Below the pieces are notes generated by a model. That model saw only the letters and a program-made list of their open reading frames with translations, was not told the origin of the DNA and did not search any database. From Candidatus Thorarchaeota archaeon (GTDB lineage: Archaea > Asgardarchaeota > Heimdallarchaeia > Hodarchaeales > Hodarchaeaceae), in contig JBHLRO010000005.1 of NCBI GenBank assembly GCA_048882505.1, positions 30,001 through 62,000 of the forward strand: a stretch of 32,000 nt of DNA. Reading direction: 5' to 3'. Below are positions 9,294 to 18,541 of the stretch, piece by piece. The translations under genes were made by a program, and so were the position numbers. The first letter of the stretch is position 1, and each line of letters opens with the position of its first letter.

Positions 9294-10997
9294 TCACCGT
9301 TTCTTTCGCAAAACCCTAGTTCGCAGGAAAAAAATCAGCAAGGATGAAATAAGTATCAAAATAATCGTGGTTAAAGCTGCAAAGAAGAAATTGCTTTCTT
9401 TAATAAGATTAACGATAAACACGGGAGCTGTTATAGAGAAAGGAGATACGGCCAATGTTGCCCCCGTTTCTCCAATACTTCTCGTAAATGACATAATAGC
9501 TCCAGCAATTATTGAAAATTTAATCACTGGGAGAGTGACATTTCGAAAAACTTGAATAGGTCGAGCTCCAAGACTTCTAGCCGCTTCTTCGTGTGCTGTA
9601 TCGAGTTCAGCTAGACCTCCAATTGTATTTCGGACAATGAAAGGAAAAGTCATACTAACGTGAGCCATCACTACAAAAAATAGTTCGTTAACAGGAAACA
9701 ATTGTTGAGAAGTCCAAAAAAGCCCAACACTAAATCCTAAGGCAGTACTTGGTACAACATAGGGGATATCTACAAAAACATCGAGAATTCGGGACGCTCT
9801 ATGGTTTTTCCGGGCGATCAAAATGGCCATTGGAACTCCTAAGCAGACATTGAGTATTGTAGCAGCCGTGGCGACAAACACTGAAAAAAAGATACTTTGT
9901 ACAAAAATCCCCCAATCGCCACTGACAAGTCTTTCAATCGTGAATCCCTGGAAGAGATAAATTCCAATGAAAAACGAGGGGATCAACACAAAAATCACCA
10001 AAAAGCCAAAAGATAGAATTGATCGTGCTTTAGGAACCGAACCTTCACTGATTCGAGATTCAAGAGTGGGAAACACACGGTTAAAGGGTAGCCTTGCCTT
10101 TTTTGCCAGAATTTTCGCCACAAGTACCAAGAGGAGCGATATTAGGATCATCAGAACACTGATGAACAGCATGCCAGGAAAAAGGTAGGGTTCAGGCGTT
10201 GTTCCTTGATTGATGGCATCTTGGTAAGCGTGTTTCCAATCTCCCGTTAAAACCGTACCAGTTCTCTGTAAACTCCCTATAGTAGCCAGGAGAGTAGTAA
10301 CACCTCCGGTATCGCTCAAGCTCTTGGCAAGGCTAAGAACCATTGCAGTAGCTACACCAGATCGAAATAGTGGTAGTGTAATGGTACGTGCAGCTGTAAA
10401 TCGACTGGCACCACAGGTTCTTGCTGCAATCTCGAGCGTAATATCGATCTCCTCCAATATTGCCGCAAGCGAACGGACAACATAGGGGAATGTAGTTGTG
10501 AAATGGAATAGAACCAAAATTGGCAAGGCATCCTGGATTAGATTCAGGGCAAACGGGGGTTTTAATGCCACGTCTGGGGTAACTCCCCAGAATAAAGCAA
10601 CTGAAAATCCCAATCCTGCCGTGGGGACTGCTAAGGGTAACTCAACAATCCCATTGAGAATCGATTTAAATCGAAAATCCTTTCTCACTAGAGTCCATGC
10701 GATAGGAAGGCCAAAAAGTAGATCTATAACTGATATGATTATAGAAACTATAACAGAGTAATATAGGGCATCTATGATTTCGTTCAATCTTAGAGGATCT
10801 GATAAGATATAGGTGTTTACTGCGGATAAGTTGAACAGGATGTTGATCAACACATAGATTGTGGGGAGTAATACTAGTGAGAAAAAGAAGAGGATGATAA
10901 TAAAATACCATATAGCTGTAACCGCTGGCTGCGAAACGCCATCTATGATGCGATATTGCATCTTTTTGAGTTTTTCTCTTTGTAATTGAGAAAACAT
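9294..10997 (-). CDS. ABC importer permease with two fused TMDs (CysT/W-ModB-FbpB-like)
   Basis: About 12 hydrophobic segments, two EAA loops (EIAARTCGAS, EEAARSLGAR), LPLAVPT and FTRSIGETGAT motifs. Confidence 0.9.
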   Translation of the reverse strand: MFSQLQREKLKKMQYRIIDGVSQPAVTAIWYFIIILFFFSLVLLPTIYVLINILFNLSAVNTYILSDPLRLNEIIDALYYSVIVSIIISVIDLLFGLPIAWTLVRKDFRFKSILNGIVELPLAVPTAGLGFSVALFWGVTPDVALKPPFALNLIQDALPILVLFHFTTTFPYVVRSLAAILEEIDITLEIAARTCGASRFTAARTITLPLFRSGVATAMVLSLAKSLSDTGGVTTLLATIGSLQRTGTVLTGDWKHAYQDAINQGTTPEPYLFPGMLFISVLMILISLLLVLVAKILAKKARLPFNRVFPTLESRISEGSVPKARSILSFGFLVIFVLIPSFFIGIYLFQGFTIERLVSGDWGIFVQSIFFSVFVATAATILNVCLGVPMAILIARKNHRASRILDVFVDIPYVVPSTALGFSVGLFWTSQQLFPVNELFFVVMAHVSMTFPFIVRNTIGGLAELDTAHEEAARSLGARPIQVFRNVTLPVIKFSIIAGAIMSFTRSIGETGATLAVSPFSITAPVFIVNLIKESNFFFAALTTIILILISSLLIFFLRTRVLRKKR

Positions 10998-11095
10998 GGC
11001 GGAATCAGGCTTTGAGGAGAGCTTTGTAAAAGCATCGCTTGATATTGCTCATCGCCCTCATATCTATTAATCTTCTGCCAACGGAATGAAATTCA

Positions 11096-11395
11096 TCACA
11101 TTTTCCGTAATATCTCGGAGTACTTTCCTGGTCTTTTTATACCTTCAACGATATTATCAGGAGGCATAGCAACGTCAGATTCTTGATCATAGGTAAAATT
11201 CTTCAGCCATCGACTAATAACTTTCACAGGATCAGCCAATCCAATATTTTCATTAGTTTTCGAAATATCTCGATTGAAAAGTGCCGCTATGCTATTTTGA
11301 AAGACATTCAATCCCAGACTACCTGTTTTCCAAATTTTATTAACAGCAACACCGCTTAAAGAATGTTCAATTAAAGCTCCTACGTTTTCCAACAC
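11096..11395 (-). CDS. Hypothetical ORF or fragment of a decayed gene
   Basis: 99-aa open frame with a GTG start and no recognisable motif. The frame continues upstream past a TGA at 11420-11422. Confidence 0.3.
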   Translation of the reverse strand: MLENVGALIEHSLSGVAVNKIWKTGSLGLNVFQNSIAALFNRDISKTNENIGLADPVKVISRWLKNFTYDQESDVAMPPDNIVEGIKRPGKYSEILRKM

Positions 11396-11571
11396 AACGT
11401 ATTGAAATCCGATAGTTCCTCAATTCTGGATAGAGTTTTTACCCTCAATTGAACCTGAATTTAACATATCAACTGTATTTAACTGGAAATTCCAGCTTCG
11501 ATGTCGTGGGATGAAGGGCCGAGAGGACATCGAAAATCCTTACATGTTGCTAAAGTTTATTTGACGGTTCA

Positions 11572-11868
11572 TTATTTAAGGACAGCAAATGCTCCTGTTT
11601 CGGAAGCCAAAGTTAACAGTTCGTTAAGGGGATTCGCGTTTTCGTTATCTCTTACGGAGGGGAGTACCTTGACAGGTATAGAAGAGATCTCACAGTTTTT
11701 CATCAAGAGATTACTGCTTTTAGAATCCAGCTTCTGTGAAACAAAGACAACAGATACTGATTCACTCATTACATGAACCAAAACGGCCGTATATCCAAGA
11801 ATAAATTTGTCCTTATGTGTAACCCAGGTATTTGGGTCATTAGTTTCTAATGTTATCAAAGAAGACAT
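11572..11868 (-). CDS. Hypothetical protein (98 aa) or 5' fragment of a decayed gene
   Basis: ATG preceded by GGGGAG, ends TAA TGA, no recognisable motif. Confidence 0.45.
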   Translation of the reverse strand: MSSLITLETNDPNTWVTHKDKFILGYTAVLVHVMSESVSVVFVSQKLDSKSSNLLMKNCEISSIPVKVLPSVRDNENANPLNELLTLASETGAFAVLK

Positions 11869-12180
11869 CTTTTTGCTCCCCTATTGTACTAAATAGGATA
11901 TGAGGAAGAGTGTATCTCCAGTTATAGAGGAAATCCCACCGTATTTTATTGAGTTTCTTTTAAGAAATCCCAATTTTGCAATGCATTGCTCCAAAGGAAA
12001 TTTTGAAACCTGATTTACAGTGTCCCATTGAGATATCCATAACTACCTGAATTTTTGGCATAGAATGTACAATCGAGCAGAAAACCTGTCCAACTAGGGA
12101 TATTAGGGCTGAATCCAGTTCATATAGGATCTTAAGTTTGGTACGGGACCTAATATCAAATCATCAAAACTAATCTGAAC

Positions 12181-12783
12181 TTAATTGGTATGCTTAGGCC
12201 CTTCCAGTCCCAATTTATCCCTCATAAACTGAATCTTGGTTTTGATTAGCTGCCAAATAGATTTCTTCTGGCTACTTTCAGTTGGCAGTGTTCGGAATAG
12301 ACAGTTATCACCCATAGGGCAGTTATCGTGAAAACCCCCTACATTTAGAAGGGCTGGGGTTAAAGCATCTTCGTGTAGGGCATTTTCGAATTCATGATTG
12401 AATTCTGCATCCCTAATTAAATCCCAGTTTTGATCAGAGTATTTTGTTTCTAAAACATGGCTAACCGCTTTAAAAATTTCCTCTGCTACTTTTGGTTTAT
12501 CCTCTCGGAGTCCAACAACGATTCTATGCCCAGATGGCGTTGTAGTGTTGAATCGCATAATTGTTTCCCCCATAGTGATTGCTTCTAGGTTTCCTGAGTT
12601 ACTAGAATCGGACGATACTAGTTCGGTACTGAAGCTTTGGACTGCTGTTAAGAATCCAGTTAAAAGCGAAGGTTCCTTCATAGCAATACCGCAAAATCCT
12701 GAGAAGCATTTGCTATAAATTGGAAGACCAGATTTTCGGTAAACTAATAGATAACTTACAAGGCTTGGTTTATCACTTGACAT
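12181..12783 (-). CDS. Longin-like domain protein with a Cys-containing C-terminal extension
   Basis: LLVYRKSGLPIYS..LLTGFLTAVQSFSTEL..LEAITMGETIMRF fits the beta-beta-alpha-beta longin pattern common in Asgard proteins. C-terminal CPMGDNC. Confidence 0.65.
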   Translation of the reverse strand: MSSDKPSLVSYLLVYRKSGLPIYSKCFSGFCGIAMKEPSLLTGFLTAVQSFSTELVSSDSSNSGNLEAITMGETIMRFNTTTPSGHRIVVGLREDKPKVAEEIFKAVSHVLETKYSDQNWDLIRDAEFNHEFENALHEDALTPALLNVGGFHDNCPMGDNCLFRTLPTESSQKKSIWQLIKTKIQFMRDKLGLEGPKHTN

Positions 12784-13162
12784 CTTGAACTAAACCCCAT
12801 GATACAATGGCAAATCCCTGTTTCAAACTAGGTCTCGTACTATTCACAATCTACTCGTTTTTAATGTTATTGCTTTAGGAATGAACCAATCCTGATTTTT
12901 CAGGAGTAACCATCTGTGGATCAATAATTAAGATGCGTGTTTTACAGTACGCCAAGACAGCATAGCACCGAGGTTATTTAATGAAATTTTCGATTTCGTT
13001 TTCTAGGTTTTGGATCCGACGTCTCTCTCCCTCAAAAATTCATTACTGTTTTGTGAAAATCCATGCTTGGGATATATCTGGTTACTTAAGAGAGCCAAAA
13101 TACTTCCTTCAAAAAAGACTCATTAAACCAGAATTTTTAATGCTCGAAGGATGGTATAACAA

Positions 13163-14521
13163 ATGTATGATGATATGAAAAAGATGTTATCTCAATTTGT
13201 GGCATATCAGTCGCTTAGTTCGGACAAAAGTAAAGCTCCAGAGTCTAGAAAAGCTATCGAATTTCTCTCTAGGCACCTAGAAAATATCGGGGCAAAAACT
13301 GACATAATTCAGAATGAATCGCAAGAATGCAATCCAATATTGTTTGGGATGCTTGGCGAAGATCCATCAAAAAAGAACATTCTCTTTTACTCTCACTATG
13401 ATGTACAACCTGCCAGTCTCGAAGATGGGTGGGAGACGGAACCTTTTGTACTTACAGAGAAAGATGACGGTTATCTATACGCCCGTGGGGTAACTGATGA
13501 TAAGGGGCCAATCGTCGCGACCTATTTTGCTGTTAAGGAGCTATTAGAAGAGAATAAGGAATTACCCGTGAATATTCGATTTCTTTACGAGGGGGAAGAA
13601 GAGAGCGCCTCAGGCGGACTCGAACAGACGGTCAATAAGCATATTTCAACATTTGGAAAGGTGGATGGGATCGTTGTAATGGACGGGGCCTGGTTCACCG
13701 ATGAAAGGCCCTCCTTAGAATATGGGCTTCGGGGAATTGCCTACATGGGAATTGAAATTTCTGGGCCTAAACAAGACAAACACTCTGGGCTTGTTGGGGG
13801 TGGCGTTCGGGAGCCCATGTCAGATTTAATCATGCTGTTTTCTAGGCTAATTGATGCCGATAATAAGGTATTGGTCGACGGATTCTATGATTCGGTTAGA
13901 CCGATTGACGATACTGAACAGGAATTGTATGATAATCTCGAATTCTCTTTCACAGAGCTATTGAACTCGCTAGGGATAGATAATCATATTGGAACTGATT
14001 CAAAAGAAATGTTAATGAACATCTGGCGAAATCCAACTCTAACTATACACGGTATTCAGGGTGCTTTTAGTGAACCAGGGATGAAGACGGTAATACCTAG
14101 TACTGTGATAGGCAAAGTCAGTATGAGACTTGTACCAAATCAAAATACCGAGAAGATTATTGAATTATTTACGGAGTACGTCCTTAAGGAATTTGAAAAG
14201 CTAGGTTCCCCAAATACAATAAGAGTATTATCACTTGGGGAAGGTGATTGGTGGTTAGGGGATGTTACTAATTCCTTATTTAAAGCGGGAACCGCGGCGA
14301 TCCAAGAGTATTGGCATACGGCCCCAAATTTTGCAAGGTCAGGTGGTTCCATTCCGATAATACCATTCCTGGAAAAGGTTTTTGAAGCTCCAGCCATTTG
14401 TGTAGGGGTCGGTCAGGCATCAGATGGTGCCCATTCTCAAGACGAAAGACTTAGGATCAAAAATCTCGTCGGTGGAAAAGAAGTAATTAAGTTAATGCTT
14501 AAGAACCTCTCCCCTCTTTAA
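13163..14521 (+). CDS. M20 family dipeptidase, CNDP2/Dug1-like
   Basis: HYDVQPA, ARGVTDDKGP, EGEEES, YGLRGI, KTVIP, GGSIPI, DGAHSQDE. Confidence 0.9.
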   Translation: MYDDMKKMLSQFVAYQSLSSDKSKAPESRKAIEFLSRHLENIGAKTDIIQNESQECNPILFGMLGEDPSKKNILFYSHYDVQPASLEDGWETEPFVLTEKDDGYLYARGVTDDKGPIVATYFAVKELLEENKELPVNIRFLYEGEEESASGGLEQTVNKHISTFGKVDGIVVMDGAWFTDERPSLEYGLRGIAYMGIEISGPKQDKHSGLVGGGVREPMSDLIMLFSRLIDADNKVLVDGFYDSVRPIDDTEQELYDNLEFSFTELLNSLGIDNHIGTDSKEMLMNIWRNPTLTIHGIQGAFSEPGMKTVIPSTVIGKVSMRLVPNQNTEKIIELFTEYVLKEFEKLGSPNTIRVLSLGEGDWWLGDVTNSLFKAGTAAIQEYWHTAPNFARSGGSIPIIPFLEKVFEAPAICVGVGQASDGAHSQDERLRIKNLVGGKEVIKLMLKNLSPL

Positions 14522-14611
14522 TGATTTTCTTCTGGGAGCGTATCACAGTTTATTCCTGTTTACATTGGAATTGGACGCGGTTTTTCAAGAAACTAGCTCG
14601 GTGCTTGAACC

Positions 14612-15760
14612 ATGGAGCCAGGGGCCCAGCGCGCAAAAAAGTTCCATTTGATCACGGTCGATATTCTCCAAGGGATCATTGTATTTCCAATGATTTCGGG
14701 CCACGGATTGTTTTGGTATGCACCCGATCTAGCTTTAAACTATGAGACAGGAGGGTTTCTGGTTTTTTTGACGATGTTGATAGGGCTTTTTGGTATCCCG
14801 TGTTACGTCTTTCTCAACGGGTTTAACCAGGTTAATTCGTTTCTGAGAAAACCGACCATTAATCGGGGAAAAACGGTCAAACGAATATTCCTATTTTTTA
14901 TAATTGCTGCTTCTTTACAGGTTATTGTTTTTTTAAGCAGACGTCCCGTTATGATCGAGAATCTTGTCAGATATTTATTTACATGGAATTTTTTCCATAT
15001 TTTTGCCTTTTCCACGATAATCCTTTTCATTCTATGGGAATTGGCGTCAAAAGCCACAAAAAATAGTCCGGAAAGGTTCATTCTGGTTTTTAGGTTACTA
15101 TTGGCAGCTGTAACACTTACTGTATCATTCCTCTTCTTCGTAACCTATTCCTTTGCTTCATCCCTCGTAGAGGTAATTCCTGAACCAGTCCCTCTAGATA
15201 TCATTCCTATTCTGGAGTATGCGATCCTCGATGTTCGCTCTTTCGGGATTATACCTTGGATTTCATTTCCCCTGGCTGGGGCATTACTCGCAAGTCTTCT
15301 CAACCTGCCTTTAGAAGATAATCCAAATGAAGTAAAGCGAGAACTTATTGTGATAATGGTCCTATCAGTTGGAATAATTGCAATTGGAATTCTCCTATTA
15401 TTGATGGGAATAAGGTTGACTTCCCCAGTAATAGATGAAACCGCGACCTATACCCTGTTCTTTCTTTCTCACGGGGTTATACTTCTCATATTGGCCGTAG
15501 GATTGAGAGAAATTGATATGAAGGAGCCACGTCCGATTTCTCCAGATTGTTGGCTATGTAATTTGGGAAAAATCGCCCTGACCATATACATGGTTCATAG
15601 TGTCCTTTTTTTACTTGATCCTCAACTGATTCCTTCAACTCTAGTTTTTTGGGTCATTATGGCGATCTATACTGCATTCTTTATCGCCACAGCTAGTATT
15701 TGGCGAAAGTGGGGGTTCAGGTATTCCTTGGAATGGGGAATTCGGATTTTTACTAGATAG
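14612..15760 (+). CDS. Polytopic membrane protein, DUF1624/HGSNAT-like acyltransferase family
   Basis: About 10 TM segments. N-terminal VDILQGIIVFPMISGH resembles IDxLRG..M..H, and C-terminal LGKIALTIYMVH resembles LG..SL.IY..H. Confidence 0.6.
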   Translation: MEPGAQRAKKFHLITVDILQGIIVFPMISGHGLFWYAPDLALNYETGGFLVFLTMLIGLFGIPCYVFLNGFNQVNSFLRKPTINRGKTVKRIFLFFIIAASLQVIVFLSRRPVMIENLVRYLFTWNFFHIFAFSTIILFILWELASKATKNSPERFILVFRLLLAAVTLTVSFLFFVTYSFASSLVEVIPEPVPLDIIPILEYAILDVRSFGIIPWISFPLAGALLASLLNLPLEDNPNEVKRELIVIMVLSVGIIAIGILLLLMGIRLTSPVIDETATYTLFFLSHGVILLILAVGLREIDMKEPRPISPDCWLCNLGKIALTIYMVHSVLFLLDPQLIPSTLVFWVIMAIYTAFFIATASIWRKWGFRYSLEWGIRIFTR

Positions 15761-15789
15761 TTTTCTATTGGATTAATCTTCTGACAAAT

Positions 15790-17145
15790 CTAGATGGGCC
15801 AATCGGTAACAGATGATATTGGCGAAGCGACCTCAACCACAGTTTGTTCGATCTGCGTTATGTTTTCTCTTGTATGGGCCATGGATAAACAACCCAATCC
15901 GTGTAGTCCTGCTATACCCCTATTGAATAACGCAAGCTGAAGTAAAGCCTCGCGTTTTCTATCGGTCAGTTTAACAATCTGTGGAATTGACGGATCTTCT
16001 GTCCATTCAGAGAAGGTATGTAACATGACGATGGATCCCAATCCAGTTGCAAGGATGGGGACTTTTTCCTCTCTAAAATAGTTATTTAGGTTTTGTCTGA
16101 GCAAATCTCCAGCCAAATTGATACGATTATATTCCGCTGGTGCATCTCTCAATAGTTCCAATGTTTTAAGACCTGCTGTAAGACTGATGGGAAAACCAGA
16201 AAACGTACCACCACCAATTAAAACGGAATCAGCCTTTCCAGGGATAGCGCGATCAATAATGTCATGTTGTCCGCCAACAGCTCCTATTGGGAAACCTCCT
16301 CCAATTATTTTGCCCATTGTGGTTAAATCAGGAATCACCTTGATAGAATTTTGATACAAACCTAAATGGAATCGATATCCAGTTATTACTTCATCGTAGA
16401 TAAGAAGGGCTCCCATCCTATCTAATTCTTCTTTTAATTCCTTTAGAAAGTCAAAATTAACTGAAAATCCTCCCCCTCCTCCCATTACTGGCTCTAGGAT
16501 TACTGCAGCCAATTCATTTTTAGCCCCCTTAATTCGGTCGATGGAGTCTCTAGAGTTTATATCGAAAGTTACTATTCCTGCATCCTGCGGTTCAAGGATA
16601 CCTGGAGTACTACGGGCATCCAGCATTCCCCCGATTGCATATGAAAGCGTATCGTTTGCACCATGCCAACCGAGCTTTGCCTTTGCAATCAATCGTTTTC
16701 CAGTATATGCTCTAGCCAAACGACACGCGTACATCGTTGCTTCCGTACCAGTGGTGCAAAATCTAACTTTTTCTATTCCTGGATTATCATTTATTAACTG
16801 TTCCGATAATTGGATCTGCAAATCTGTTGTAGTTCCAAAATGCCAGCCTTGGTTTATCTGTTGAACGATTGCTTCTTGGACCTTTGGATGTTTGTGCCCC
16901 AAAATCATAGCAAGATGCCCATTCCAACAATCAATGTATCGATTTCCGTCTATATCCGTGAGATTTGCTCCCTCGGATGATTTTACGAATACAGGGAATG
17001 CACCGATCGTTGGAAGTCCAAAAGTCCTGATATTATGTGATACTCCTCCTGCTAATGTCTTTAGAGCCCTTTTCCATAATTCTTGTGACCTGGGTCTTTT
17101 CCTTTGAAATTCTTCAACTTCTTCCTTGATAAACATTGAATTCAC
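15790..17145 (-). CDS. Class III PLP aminotransferase, glutamate-1-semialdehyde aminomutase (HemL)-like
   Basis: GGVSHNIR, DGNRYID, GTEATM..RLAR..TG, EPVMG, DEVITG, PDLTTMGKIIGGGFPIGAVGG (PLP lysine). Exact substrate uncertain. Confidence 0.85.
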   Translation of the reverse strand: MNSMFIKEEVEEFQRKRPRSQELWKRALKTLAGGVSHNIRTFGLPTIGAFPVFVKSSEGANLTDIDGNRYIDCWNGHLAMILGHKHPKVQEAIVQQINQGWHFGTTTDLQIQLSEQLINDNPGIEKVRFCTTGTEATMYACRLARAYTGKRLIAKAKLGWHGANDTLSYAIGGMLDARSTPGILEPQDAGIVTFDINSRDSIDRIKGAKNELAAVILEPVMGGGGGFSVNFDFLKELKEELDRMGALLIYDEVITGYRFHLGLYQNSIKVIPDLTTMGKIIGGGFPIGAVGGQHDIIDRAIPGKADSVLIGGGTFSGFPISLTAGLKTLELLRDAPAEYNRINLAGDLLRQNLNNYFREEKVPILATGLGSIVMLHTFSEWTEDPSIPQIVKLTDRKREALLQLALFNRGIAGLHGLGCLSMAHTRENITQIEQTVVEVASPISSVTDWPI

Positions 17146-17176
17146 CTACAAAAGGTATTTACTGGCCATCTTCCCT

Positions 17177-18052
17177 CTAGCTTAATGATTTGATGATATC
17201 TGCGAAACGATTAACCCAGACAGAGATATGGCCTTCTTCCTCGTAAAAAGTTGTTTCACAATTGGGAATACTATTGCTTATCCTTTGGGCTATCTGAATT
17301 GGCACAGATGTATCCTGTTTTCCATGGAAAAGGGAAACTCGAATATCAGGAGATATTTCCTCAAGGGCAAATCCCCACGGTTTCGCAAATAAGGTGAAGT
17401 CGTGAGCAGGGCCCCTACATCCTTCTCGGTACGCTTCACGGGTCTTTGCTATCATCCGTTCCTTTATCTGTGGATTTTTAACGAGTTGTTGATCGGATAG
17501 CGGCAGTCTAGACACTAGTTTCTCATAATTTTTTTCCCACCATACTTCATCATCCAGATTACGTCCTATCATAAGCCAAAGCAATGATCGGAGCGACCAA
17601 GGAAAAAAACGAGCGATTGAAAGAAGATTCCGGTTCCGACGATCTAGAAAAGGTTTGCTCAGCTTAAATGGCCCCAATCCTCCCGCAACGGTGCAGGACG
17701 TTAAGTGATCAGGGATCTTAAAAGCGCACGCAAGCGCATAAGGGGCTCCCCCGCTTCCACCAATTACTGCAAACTTGTCTATGCTCAAGGCTGAGGCGAG
17801 GTTAAGTACGTCATTTGGCCAATCAAGAATGGTCCGACCCTTCAAGAAATCAGATATACCCATTCCTGGCCTTTCTGGGCAAATAAGCCTGATTCCGAAA
17901 TCTTTTGCTAAATGCTCCCTTCCAAAGGCTGCTTCTAATCGACTTCCGTCTCGACCGTGAAAATAGAATATGGGCTTGCTATCTGCGTAACCATGTTCAA
18001 TGTAGCCCAATTGACGCCCATCTGGAAGAGATACTGTCTTTGAATTATCCAT
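17177..18052 (-). CDS. Alpha/beta hydrolase
   Basis: FYFHG, GGSGG nucleophile elbow, HGKQD..VP, EGH. ATG at 18052 preferred over GTG at 18082. Confidence 0.9.
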   Translation of the reverse strand: MDNSKTVSLPDGRQLGYIEHGYADSKPIFYFHGRDGSRLEAAFGREHLAKDFGIRLICPERPGMGISDFLKGRTILDWPNDVLNLASALSIDKFAVIGGSGGAPYALACAFKIPDHLTSCTVAGGLGPFKLSKPFLDRRNRNLLSIARFFPWSLRSLLWLMIGRNLDDEVWWEKNYEKLVSRLPLSDQQLVKNPQIKERMIAKTREAYREGCRGPAHDFTLFAKPWGFALEEISPDIRVSLFHGKQDTSVPIQIAQRISNSIPNCETTFYEEEGHISVWVNRFADIIKSLS

Positions 18053-18541
18053 TTTTAAATCAACCTTCGTTGGGTAGCCCACTTAAATGAAACTACTCCA
18101 AGTTAATCAGCTATTATGAAGTTTCTATCCTTATCAATTGTTGAGGAAGTGGGAGGCGAACGATGAGCTTCATCTCCAAATTTGGGGAATCTCTTATTAA
18201 TCACTATGCCTGCACAATCAGTGGCTTTTCCGGATAATTGGCGGCTGTCTACTAAGAAAAACGCTAGCATTATAGGTATCAAAGAATGTTGTTCCTATTG
18301 CGGATACCATGAAGTTTCAGGTAATAGTTGGCTACCAATCTTTTGAGCAGAAGCAGGGAAATAAAAAAGATGTGCCCCCATTAATGGTAAATCCCGCCTG
18401 GTCCCTGATGTACAGGGATGCTCCCATGGATTGATGCCAAGAAGGTTCCTGGTACTGCCTCAGTTTGTTTGAATAGAGACGTGGTTACCCTCTGAAGTGA
18501 ATACTACGTTCACTTTTCTCGAATAAGATTTTGTCCCATAT

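Noticed and set aside
11420-11422. In-frame TGA as possible selenocysteine or readthrough
   Set aside because: No redox (CxxU) context, no selenoprotein family resemblance, and no SECIS recognised. All clear genes use standard stops.
12800-13160. ORF 12981-13178 (+) and a protein-like minus-strand piece IFEGERRRIQNLENEIENFIK
   Set aside because: No start or SD support, and the minus frame is interrupted by stops. It may be a remnant but cannot be supported.
18402-18463. TPP-riboswitch-like words on the minus strand (CTGAG..ACC..GAACCT) and a TCCCTG/CAGGGA hairpin
   Set aside because: Lacks the conserved UGAU after GAACC, the CG.AGGGA 3' strand and a 5' GGGG-GC stem. No thiamine gene follows.
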